Assembly: GCA_905178155.1 (NCBI GenBank)
Contig: CAJINV010000047.1
Location: forward strand, 4,536 to 37,077
Reading direction: 5' to 3'
DNA: 32,542 bases
DNA from: Amoebophrya sp. A120
Lineage: Eukaryota; Protista; Dinoflagellata
Shown: piece after piece, positions 21,401-31,485 of the stretch
Layout of the letters: each line of letters begins with the position of its first letter
How positions within the stretch are numbered: position 1 is the first letter of the stretch
Position numbers and translations under genes: made by a program
Notes under the pieces: generated by a model
What the model was told of the DNA's origin: nothing
Seen by the model: only the letters and a program-made list of their open reading frames with translations
Databases searched by the model: none

Positions 21401-24400
21401 CGGGGTCCGTCATCGAGGACAGCCGGTGTTGCCCGACGGCAAACTTGTTGTAGAATTCGCCCTGCATACGCGTCGAGTATGACGTGTGCCCTTGTCCGTC
21501 GTCTTCTGTGATCATCGCTACGTAGGGCGTGTCCTGCAATAGTTTGTAGTTCGGCAGCGCCTCGCCCGACGCAGAGGCAGACGTATTTCTCGCCCAAGAA
21601 GAAAGAAATCCACTGGTTTTTGCCAGCGCTTGACCCTGGTCGCCGGAACATGGCTCCGTCAGCCCTGAATTCGCCTCCAAAACATCCTCGTTGGCGAAGC
21701 ACTCGCCATCGGTCGAACGGAAGGGAATGATGGTCAGAAACTGGACGTTTGTATGGACCTCCGCCACCTGTCGCATCTGTGCGATGTTTGCGTTCGAGGT
21801 CTCGCATTCGGAGGTTGCAAAGTGTAGGATGAGTGGCTGGGTGGTGTTGTAGATGTCCGAGAAAGGAAGCACCAGGGAGGCTTCCACCGGTTCAGACCGC
21901 AAGACAAGTTCAATTTCCATCAACTCCGTTATAGTCGGGGGGCCTTGGTACGGGTCGCTCGACGGGTAGCAGCGGTACCCGTACCCGTTCGTGCAGCCAG
22001 TCAGAGTTGAACTGTTTCCCGCACCTGGACCGCGTGCGGGTAGTTGCATGGCGTCGGGGTTTTCGTCGATCCACTCAATGACAAGATCATCCGGGGTGCT
22101 CGTATCCGCAATAGTAATATTCTCCACACCAGAAACGTCTGCGGCACTTTTCAGCGCCCCTTCAATTTTGGTTTGCAGACTGTGGGCCGCGACAGCCGAA
22201 AGGCCGGCACTGCTGGAGGCGTCCCAGTCCCACGTGGACTGTTCCAGATCATCTGCGTCGACGCGTATGCCGAAGTCGAACACAACGGTTACGTCATCGG
22301 CCGTGATGGAAGCTGCGCGTCCTTGTTTCTCCGCGTCCATATGCTGGAAGATTTTTCCACTGCGTTTCTGAAGAAAAGACTCACTGTCACGCGGGTTCGC
22401 GACGATTTTCGGTGTAGTCCCCTGGATTTGGGTCGTGTTCAGCTGGAGCTCGGCGGAAGCAAAGAAATTCGTGTTGAGAAAGTCTAGGACGCCAGCCGTC
22501 AATGCTCGTTGGAAACTCGGGGCGGTGACGATGGTTTCGGCGCTTTGGGCTGAGCCTCCATCACGTCGCGCTAATTGAAATTCTAGTCTGCGCGCCAACA
22601 GCACAGTTTCGATTCCGTTGGCCAGGTCATTGTTTTCCGTGGTGTTCTTTGCGTCTTGCCTCTCCGCGGTCGTGGAGGTAGACGTACTAGTATTGGTCGA
22701 CAAGCTTGGAAATACCGGCTCCCCGATCGATTTTGTGGAAGTGACGCCCACAAACTCCATGACCGCCTCCCCGATTGCAATTTCAGCCACAGTTTCGTTG
22801 AGGACGCTTTCCAGCGCAGTTTGCGTGCCGGCATTTTCCAGCCCGTGCGCTTCGGACCATTCGCGGGTCAAAGAATGCTCTAGCACTGCTGCTTGCTCTT
22901 CGGCTACCGCACTGATTTCGATATTGAACGTGAAAAAGACTGCGACTTCCGCAAGTTCTGCAAGGCGTTCAGCGTCACCGCGGTGCAGCGCCTCTCTTGT
23001 GAATAATTTTTGCTTCTTCTGCTGGCTGCTGGTTTTCCACTGAGTCCGCTGCAAAAAGGAGACGGACGCAGGCACTGACGGAACTTCGGGCAGCGCGTAA
23101 ATTTTGAGCACCTGAGTCCCTACGTGAAGCGCACTAGTGCGCTGCTCGATCAGAGGATTGCCGTCGGTATCATGTAGGTTATTCTCGAGAAAGCCCTCGA
23201 CTCCATCTTCCAATGCGATGCGGAAACTGAGCATCGTCTGGTTTAGCTTTTCAATTTGATCCACAGGCAATGCAGCGTCAAGAAAGTTGAAATCCGCCTC
23301 TTGGACCCGTTTAGCGGAACCCGCAAGCTCGCTGTCGAAAAAGATGGTGAATTGCAGTTCGCGTGAGAGAACCCTGCGAGGAATCTTGTTCGGCACAGGC
23401 TCCTCCCACACGATGTCGAGCTCAAGGTTTTCTGGCGTCACGGTGTCCTGCACTGTGATACCTACATCAAAACCCGTGGATGCGACCTGCTCGCTCTGTG
23501 CAATCGCCGCTGCAACGTCGGTTTGCAAATTCCTCGTGGCCTCCTCTGAGAGACCGACGCCTCCGCCGGCTTCCCAGTTGTCCTCCAGGGTGGAATTTGC
23601 CAAAGCATCCGCATCGAGCCGAAGCCCAAACTTGAACAAGATATCCACATCTTGGGAAATCGTTGTCCCGGCTCGTTGCCTCTGCGTGCGAAGTTGACGT
23701 GATTCTTCTGCCTTCATTGTGGTTTCCAGAAAGGACGATGCGCTGGGACTCCAATTGACGATTTCCGGCTGCTGGCCCTGGATTTGGGTCGGATTCAGGG
23801 TGAGTCCAGAAGAAGCAAAGAAATTCTTGTTCAAAAAATCCAGCATGCCCTCTGTCAGCGCGTCTTGGAAGCTGCGGTGGGAGACTAGCGCATCGGCGTT
23901 GGTGGCTGTGGTCTTGCTTCCGTCGCTGCTAAGACTCAGTCCAAACACGACCTGGCGCGCGACCGTCACCGGAGTTGAAGAAACCGGAACCTCGGGACGT
24001 ACGGGCCCTTCGTCGTTCTCAACGTGGTCTGGCTCCCCCCCTGTTTTCGTCGAGGTGACACCGACGAACTGCAGGGTCGGCATCACCCGCGCGGCATGGC
24101 CCACTGCAGTCTCTACTGCTCTGTTCAGGGCGTCGTGTTCTGTTTGATCTGAATCGGCCAAAACTAGCCCGCTGCGTTCCTTCCAGATATCCTCCACAAA
24201 CTCGAGCTCTGCAGCACTCTGTGTGCGAATGGTAAACTGGAACAGTACCTCAATTTTCGCAGATTTTTCGCTTTCGCCGACAGTGTCGCCGACGGAATCA
24301 GGCAGATCCGCCAGGTTTTTGGCTCCCTGCACGGCGGCAACAAGAGCGGTGACGTCATTCAGCAAGTTGTCATCCGTGAGTTGAGGACCCTCTCCGCCTC

Positions 24401-27400
24401 GGTTGTAGTATTCCCACTGCATCCCCGTAGTGCCACTTTCCTGGCGCTGGGGTTTCACCATTGCAAAGTTTAGACCTTCAGCTCCAGTGAAGCCCACTAC
24501 TTGCTCTTTCGTGTGCCATCTTCTCGCCCCTGATTCCGAAACGCCAAACTTGCCGTAAAATTCTCCTTTCATGTAGAGCGAACTGCCGACGTGTGCAACG
24601 TAGGGCGTATCCTGGAGCAGCTTGTAATTTGGTGGCGCGGTGTTTATGTTTGCAGACCAGGCACTGTCGAACCCGGTAGGTCTATCACGAACAAAAGTAA
24701 AACTAGCGCCTCATGTTCATGCCACTTTCTGGCGACAATATTGAATATTGAAATCACTGCGATCTTTACATACCTGCTGTTTTCTACGGCTCTCAAGATC
24801 GTGGTGAAGAAATTCCACATGCAGCGTTGTGAGCAGCACCGGTCCTGCCTGGGAAGAGGGCAGTAAACTGTGCTAGCGGGAAAATGCGAGGAGGAGATTC
24901 GCCTCTCTGTGAATGCCGTGTTACTGCTTTTTTCTGAAGCCTGGTTGTCAAACAATAGAAATTTGTGGCGAGGGGGGAATCATGACCGCACCAGAGTTAC
25001 TTTTGATAGACGTGCGACAGACCCGCTCCGGCGTCCCCGTTGCATTCGAACGAGTACCCATATCCGGAAGAAATCGTCTCTTCCCGGAAGCAATCTCCAG
25101 AAGGATTTTGGAAAGGAAGGACGGTGACAAATTGCACGGCCGGATTCTTGTCGGCCAGCGCCTTCATTTTGGAAATATTGTCGTCGGTCACCGGGCAATA
25201 AATTGTACCGAAGTGCACCACCAGCGGCTTGGCGGCATCGTACACATCTGCAAAAGGGAGGGTGGGCGACTCGGTAACCGGGTCGTACCGTACGACTACT
25301 TCCACGTCGAGCAGCTCACGCACAGAGGCCGGTCCCTGGTAGGGGTCCTCCGACGGGTAGCAGTGGTACTTCTCGACAGCCAAAAGGCAACCTCTTGGCG
25401 ACGTCGGTTGAGGTAAAGCCACAGCATCTGGAGCGCCAGGTGAATCGTGAGCTTTCGCCTGCGCCGACGTGCTGGCCCTTGTCGATTTGTGCATCATCTT
25501 CTTGGTTATTCCCTGTGCATGTGCTATTTGCAAGAAAGACGCTGATGCCTCGGAATCCCAGAGCATCTCGAGCTTCTGGCCCTCGACCAGCACAGAGCCA
25601 AGCTCCACGGTGCTGCCGTCGTTGTTGAGGAGGCTCGTTAGAAAGATTTGCATTTGTTCTTCCAAAGCAGTACTAAGACTCGCAAAAGTCGCATTCAACG
25701 TGTCAAGATCAAGGCCTTCATGATCGGCTTCGTCGATCATGAAATGCGCGCTTTGCGCCTTCTGTGCGGCGTCAGCAATCGCCTCCGGAACACGCACTTC
25801 GAAGCGCAACTCACGTGAAAGAGAGCCCGAGGAAGAATGCGCCGGGTTGCCCGGTTCATCTTCATTCGGCTGTTTCTCGTCTTTTTCCTCGATCTCGTCG
25901 CTGTCCTCTACCACTTCGGGCGAGTCTTCTGCGGCCTTTGGTTTCGTAGCGATGATGCTTTTCAGTTCTCCCACCTCGTCGGCCATCTTAGACAGCTGTC
26001 CTGCCAGAGAAGCTTTCAGTTCCTCCTGATTCACGTCGGTTAGTCCGTCCGTAGCAGGCCATTGGTCTGCTAGTAGCTGTTGGTTGGTTTCCGGTAGAAA
26101 TATTTTAAACCGAAGGAGGATTTCGACGTCGACAAGATCCGGAGGCGGATTTTCCCGCTGCGACTTTGTCGTTGTCAACTTTCGCAACTTTTGCTGCTCC
26201 GTGCCCGCCTGCATTTGCAAAAAAGATTCGGCCATCGCAGAATGCGAAAAGAGTCTGAGTTCTTGGGTTTTTACGTCCACGTTGCCGAGCGGAGTGCCGT
26301 CGCCATCACGATCAAGCAAGATCGCGACGAAGTTTTGCAACCCAGTCTCTAGTGCGGCGGCGAAGGTCAGCACAGTCTGATTTAGGCTCTCAATCCGGTC
26401 GATGCCCATGTCAAGTTCGTCAAGCCGAAAGTCGGCGTCTTGCACTTGTTTCACAGCGTCAGCAACTGTTTTGTTGATGCTCACCACAAAACGCATCTCC
26501 CGCGAGACAGGGACCAAAGGAGCCGGCTTCGCCACCGGTTCTGCCGGCTTCTCCACCGGCTTTGCCGGGTCCACCACCGGTTCTGCCGGCCTCTTCACCG
26601 GTTTTGCCAGGTCCACCTCCGGTTCTGCCGGCTCCACCACCGGTTCTGCCGGCTCCACCACCGGCGCTTCCGCCGGTTCCGCGGGCTCGGGTGCCGTCGA
26701 ATAGGGTGTCGTCGCTGTTATACTTTTGAGCTCTCTCACCTCCTCGCCCATTTTAGACGACAGGGCCTCTGCCAGAGAAGCTTTCAGTTGCTCCTGACTC
26801 ACGTCGGTCAGTCCGTCCGTAGCAGGCCATTGGTCTGCTAGTAGCTGTTGGTTGGTTTCCGGTAGAAATATTTTAAACCGAAAGAGGATTTCGACGTCGA
26901 CAAGGTCCGGAGGCGGATTTTCCCGCTGCGACTTTGTCGTTGTCAACTTTCGCAACTTTTGCTGCTCCGTGCCCGCCTGCATTTGCAAAAAAGATTCGGC
27001 CATCGCAGAATGCGAAAAGAGTCTGAGTTCTTGGGTTTTTACGTCCACGTTGCCGAGCGGAGTGCCGTCGCCATCACGATCAAGCAAGATCGCGACGAAG
27101 TTTTGCAACCCAGTCTCTAGTGCGGCGGCGAAGGTCAGCACAGTCTGATTTAGGCTCTCAATCCGGTCGATGCCCATGTCAAGTTCGTCAAGCCGAAAGT
27201 CGGCGTCTTGCACTTGTTTCACAGCGTCAGCAACTGTTTTGTTGATGCTCACCACAAATCGCATCTCCCGCGAGACAGGGACCAAAGGAACCACCGGTTG
27301 CTCCGGTTGCCCGTCCGGTTGCCCGTCCGGTTGCCCGCCCGGTTGCCCGCCCGGTTGCCCGCCCGGTTGCCCGCCAGGTTGCCCGCCCGGTTGCCCGTCC

Positions 27401-29457
27401 GGTTGCCCGTCCGGTTGCCCGTCCGGTTGCCCGTCCGGTTGCCCGTCCGGTTGCTCCGGATCTGCGCTGTCGTCTTCCGTGTTCGGAGCACCAGGTACGT
27501 CGGGATTTTCTGTGTCAGTGCTGGCGCCGAAGATCTCGTTCCAGGTGGGAAGGTTTGCTCGAAGTGCTAGGTCAATGGGTGTCTCTGTATCAGTGATGGC
27601 GACGTTGTCCACGAGGTCGAAGATGCCACCGAGTCCTGCAATCGCGTTTGCAAGGCTGGTTTGCAGGGCCTCCATCTTAATTGGATTGAGAGGATGATCC
27701 GGATCCCAGATCCGGTCTTCGAACGAACGGAGCATGGTATCAGCGCCGGGCGCGGTTGGGAAACGAATACCGAATTCGAAAGGAACAGAAATGTGGTTCA
27801 GGAAGCCATGCGCCGCACTCTGTTCGTTCCTTTTCTTTGCTCGACTGCCTTGCTTTTGCAAGAAAGAATCTCCACCCCGAGAAGCGCCGTCCGGCTCAGC
27901 TTGTTCTGCGTTTTCAAACACCCGGCCGTGCATTTCCGTATGGTTTACGCCTCCCACGGGAAAGCCGAATCTGGGGTTGTTCAAAAAGCCCAACTATCCA
28001 AGAGAATTGCCCCCTCATCTGTACCAGTACCGCAAGCTAAGCGCGTAAACAACAGTTCGTAATTGATTTCAACAGTCCGTATCATACATCCACGATGTCA
28101 ATATTCCAGCGCTTTATTTGTGAGAAAAATTTTGAGGGAATTTTCGAGAAAATGTGCGCTGTCGGAGCGGTCCGCGTAACACAAGCAGAGAACTGCTGAA
28201 ATTGTACAAGCGAGCTCTTTCTGTGGTGCACCGCGTCGGCCTTTTGGTGCGAGTCAAAAAAGTAGCGCACCAAGATATGAGTCTGCAGTGAAATACGAAT
28301 CGGATATTCCCCTTCTTTTGCAGGGTGTTATCGAGACAGAACATGACCTGGGCAGTATTTTTGCTGCGCATAAGGATATTTGGCGTAGGCAAGTCGTTCT
28401 GCAAAGGCTTGCTGCAAGAGTATTCCTAGATGAGCGGCAATTTTCGAGATAGCACCACTCCATCCACTGCAGCCTGCTGGAAGCTGCTTCCAGCCACGCT
28501 AGCGGCCACCTCCGCTAGCACGCCACTCTCAGCATCGGCAAAATTCAAATCGAACGTCACCCGCCGGGACACAATGACGAGAGGAGTACGGGTGAGAGTT
28601 ATTCCCTCAAAATCTCGTACATAAGGTATGCGGTGCACGTGGAGTGCGTTTTTGATGGAATCTGCGAATGCCACCTGGTTCTCTTCACTATCCAGGCCGT
28701 ATGTGTCGGGCCACTCCCATACTAGAGCATCAAGAATCTTGCAATGCGGCTCGTCACTTCCGGAGGCGCAATTCGGCACGTAATGCAGCACCCGAACGGC
28801 GAATTTGTAAAGAATTTCACGCTCGACGGGCTCTGTCTCGGTTAGTTGGGCTGCACTTTGCGCCGCCACGCGTTCCCTGCGCAGCGCATCAATTTCTTCT
28901 TCTGCATTTTCGCCGACCCCTTTTCTGTGGTTTTCCTGCAAAAACGAAGAGCCAGCGACGTCGGAAGAGACGTTCAGCCCAAGAATCGTGATTGCTCGGG
29001 TTTCGACCTGCACGCCGTCCATGCCGATAGCGTCTCCGTCCCAATCGCGGAGGCCCGCGAGAAAGCTCGCAACTCCGCCTTCTACTGCATGGGTAAAATT
29101 TGCAACGGTTTGATTTAGTTTGAGAATTTCGCCGCTATCCAGGGGAACCTTTGACAAATCAAAATTTGCAGCTTGCACGAGCGTTGCGTCCCGCACGACA
29201 TGCTCGTCCAAGAGCAGTTTCACTCGAAACTCACGGAGAAGAACCCGGGCGCTTGGCATAGCTTTCGGATGAACCGCTTCCCAGAGCGCGACCGTTCCAG
29301 CGGCGTCCGCGCTAGCATCCACCGCCGACGGCGACGATGGTAGGTCTGAAGTGGCCTCTGTCAAAAATGCTCCTACCCGGTTGGAAGCAAGGACCACGCA
29401 GACAAACGGCAACAGGACGCGGATGGGTCTAGTAAGGCCCATAGTGGTTGCTGTCAT
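18081..29457 (-). CDS. G3: giant secreted modular protein (~3360 aa) with signal peptide, SFLQ-punctuated repeat modules, three thioredoxin-like CxxS/T domains and S/T/P-rich linkers. Exons 29457-28456, 27993-25012, 24680-19344, 19106-~18741, ~18491-18081
   Basis: ORFs of 343, 998, 1795, 140 and 190 aa share repeat modules. The spliced junctions reproduce the alignment to uninterrupted copies (SFQQAAVDGV|LGFLN vs SFQRALTAGVLDFLN). Hydrophobic N-terminus RVLLPFVCVVLAS. Confidence 0.85.
18492..18740 (-). other. IR-flanked non-canonical intron (boundaries approximate)
   Basis: AAGAGGAAAAAGAAAAC (18496-18512) pairs with GTTTTGTTTTTCCTCTT (18718-18734), one mismatch. Confidence 0.6.
18741..19106 (-). 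CDS. G3 exon 4
   Basis: ORF 18702..19124. Confidence 0.65.
19107..19343 (-). other. IR-flanked GC-AG intron (237 bp)
   Basis: TTATCAAGCTGAACACAGGGAC (19109-19130) pairs with GCCTCTATGTTCATTTTGATAA (19318-19339). In-frame join DQSST|SPGT. Confidence 0.75.
19344..24680 (-). CDS. G3 exon 3
   Basis: ORF 19185..24572 extends upstream in frame as TGFDSAWSANINTAPPNYKLLQDTPYVA, matching the other domain copies. Confidence 0.9.
24681..25011 (-). other. IR-flanked non-canonical intron (331 bp; GT-GA, or CG-AG if shifted by 1 nt)
   Basis: GTCTATCA / TGATAGAC terminal IR plus AAAGTAA / TTACTTT. Length mod 3 = 1 matches the frame offset. Confidence 0.75.
25012..27993 (-). CDS. G3 exon 2
   Basis: ORF 24997..27993. 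Confidence 0.9.
26001..27289. repeat. Near-identical intragenic duplication (~520 bp; 26001-26521 vs 26769-27289) separated by 21-bp PAEPVVE-type repeats
   Basis: Offset is exactly 768 bp. Antisense ORFs 26084..26380 and 26852..27148 differ by one residue. Confidence 0.95.
27294..27459. repeat. 12-bp coding minisatellite CCGGTTGCCCG(T/C), encoding QPDG/QPGG
   Basis: Seen directly, about 13 units. Confidence 0.95.
27994..28455 (-). other. IR-flanked GT-AG intron (462 bp)
   Basis: CTATC..AATTGCC.CTCATCT (27994-28020) pairs with 28428-28452. Phase-0 join DGV|LGF. Confidence 0.85.
28456..29457 (-). CDS. G3 exon 1 with signal peptide
   Basis: ORF 28426..29457, ATG start followed by a hydrophobic stretch. 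Confidence 0.85.
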
Positions 29458-30459
29458 TCTCTGGGATTTCGTCGATTTCTGATAATCACAAATAGATTCT
29501 ATTGCGCTATTCTGGAAAGGAGGTTGGTTCCCAGGAGGAATCGGGAATCAAAACACTCCGCCCTGCCGCACGTCATTTTCCTCGTGAGGCATCGTGTCCT
29601 TTTTTTTTTCGTATGATTCTACGGGAGGGGGGGATAGTCAAACGGTCTGGGTTTGCGCAAGTTTCTTCTCCAAAGAGCAGCGCATCCCCCTGGAACATCA
29701 ACATTTTGTCATGAAAAATAACATGCGTTAGTTTTGTGAAATCACGGCACAGGACGTTTTGGTGTGACTTCGCACGGGTACGAGCGAACGACGAGGTGTT
29801 GGACGAGCACCAAAAGTGAACGAGACGGACACTGTATTCCACGCATGCACGGCGGGTGACGTATACTCAAAGGCTCATGCGTTTACGACCAAGACAAGCA
29901 TGGCAGGAAAAAGTACGCCTGCGGCTAGTACCTCATCGCGCTCTCACGGTGCGAGGTTTTATTTTAGTCGGCCGGTCTGGTTCGAGCGTGCGCCACGCTT
30001 TCGCTTTTGCGACATGAACGATGCGAGGCTTAGCAAACAAGCAAGAACGTAGGCTGCGATACGGTAGCACTAGGCAAGCCGTTAGCAATTGCAACGGGTG
30101 CTGCGGTTACATTCGCGAAAATGCGATCAAACACTCACTCGACAATGACGCTCCAGCGGCATCCTTCCAGGACAGAAGAACAAGCCTCCAAGCTGGCCCG
30201 TGTTTGCCTCACACGGTAACTTGTCCAGCGGATACACTATCCCCTTGCATGCGATAACAACTGCGGTTTTGGCTCCTCGTTCACCTCTATCGACGGGTCA
30301 TGTCATGGCGAGTGTTGGATATGCAACTTGCAGATCTTGTGCACTGAGCAAACGACAGAGCTATCTTGTGCTAATTGATGTGAAAATGAAGCAACCTATC
30401 CTGAGTACCTGGTTTTGAGGCTCCCCAAATAAGTGAAATACCGTGAACTTTTTCCACTC

Positions 30460-30890
30460 ATAAAAGCGAATTTCTGAAATTTTGCGGATATTGTACAATC
30501 ATAAAAATAAAATTTTGAAATTTCGCGGATATTGTACAATCATAAAAATAAAATTTTAAAATTTCGCGGATCCTGTTCGCCACAAAGTGGAATTTTGAGT
30601 ATATTGCTCGGATTCTATGCTCCAAAAGAGAACATTTCGAAATCTCATCGATCCTCTTCCCTTATAGAAGCGAAGTTTTGATATTTCGCGGATTCTGTGG
30701 ACCCATAAAAATAAGATTTTCAAATTTCGCGGATTTTGTTGATCTATAAAAAAGAACACTGTCGAAGTGATATCCAAATCCAAATCCAATAAAAAGTAAA
30801 AACTGTATGATTCTCATGCGAACAAAGATTTGGAAATTGTCTGAATTTTGTGTCCGGATAGAAATAAAATTTTGAAATTTCGCGGTTTAG
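30460..30890. repeat. AT-rich ~41-bp repeat family (TGAAATTTCGCGGAT...CATAAAAATAAAATTT), ~6 copies
   Basis: Tandem copies at 30475, 30516 and 30557. Further copies near 30679, 30720 and 30872. Confidence 0.85.
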
Positions 30891-31041
30891 ATTCACAGTG
30901 ATGGCATGCAACTGTGGCGATATTGGGGTGCACGCCAGCAGCAGGTGCATCGTTCACCTGTGATGGTGACGCTGTTGGCGGTCGCGCTTCGCGGCCGTAC
31001 GTTCATCGCAGACCCCGTCGTTCGGTTCTCGTACAAAAACG

Positions 31042-31485
31042 CGTGGGTACCGCTCGCGCGCCATCTTTCTTCTTTCGCTTAGGCGCGAGGGCGAGAACCG
31101 CCCCCAAGCAGTGGAATGCACATACTCCTCGTACAAACATCTCGGCGAAATGCGTCAAGTGGAGTGACGTTATGAGTCGCCGAGGAAGACTATTCGTCAC
31201 GGCGGAGAGCATGAGCGCCGTGTATCTTGTTCGTAGTTGTTACTCAGTTAGGACGGGCTGACAGACCCCGGTCCCAAGCTATTGTGATCAGTAGAGTGTC
31301 ACTAGTATTTCTCGCCTCAAACATGTCTCTCGCCTCAAATCTTCAATGCAGATGTTTTCTTTGCCCACCCTCCCACCCGCATCTCCGCTGCGCGGCCACT
31401 CGGTGTCCCTACACCTGAAAAAATCGTGGGTACCGCTCGCGCGCCATCTTTCTTCTTTCACTTAGGCGCGAGGGCGAGGACCGCC
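31042..31485. repeat. 61-bp dispersed direct repeat (31042-31102 and 31425-31485)
   Basis: CGTGGGTACCGCTCGCGCGCCATCTTTCTTCTTTCnCTTAGGCGCGAGGGCGAGnACCGCC, two mismatches. Confidence 0.9.

Noticed and set aside
19465-29118. Many plus-strand ORFs over G3 (and similar ones over G1 and G2)
   Set aside because: They are antisense shadows of GC-rich or repetitive coding sequence with no independent protein features.
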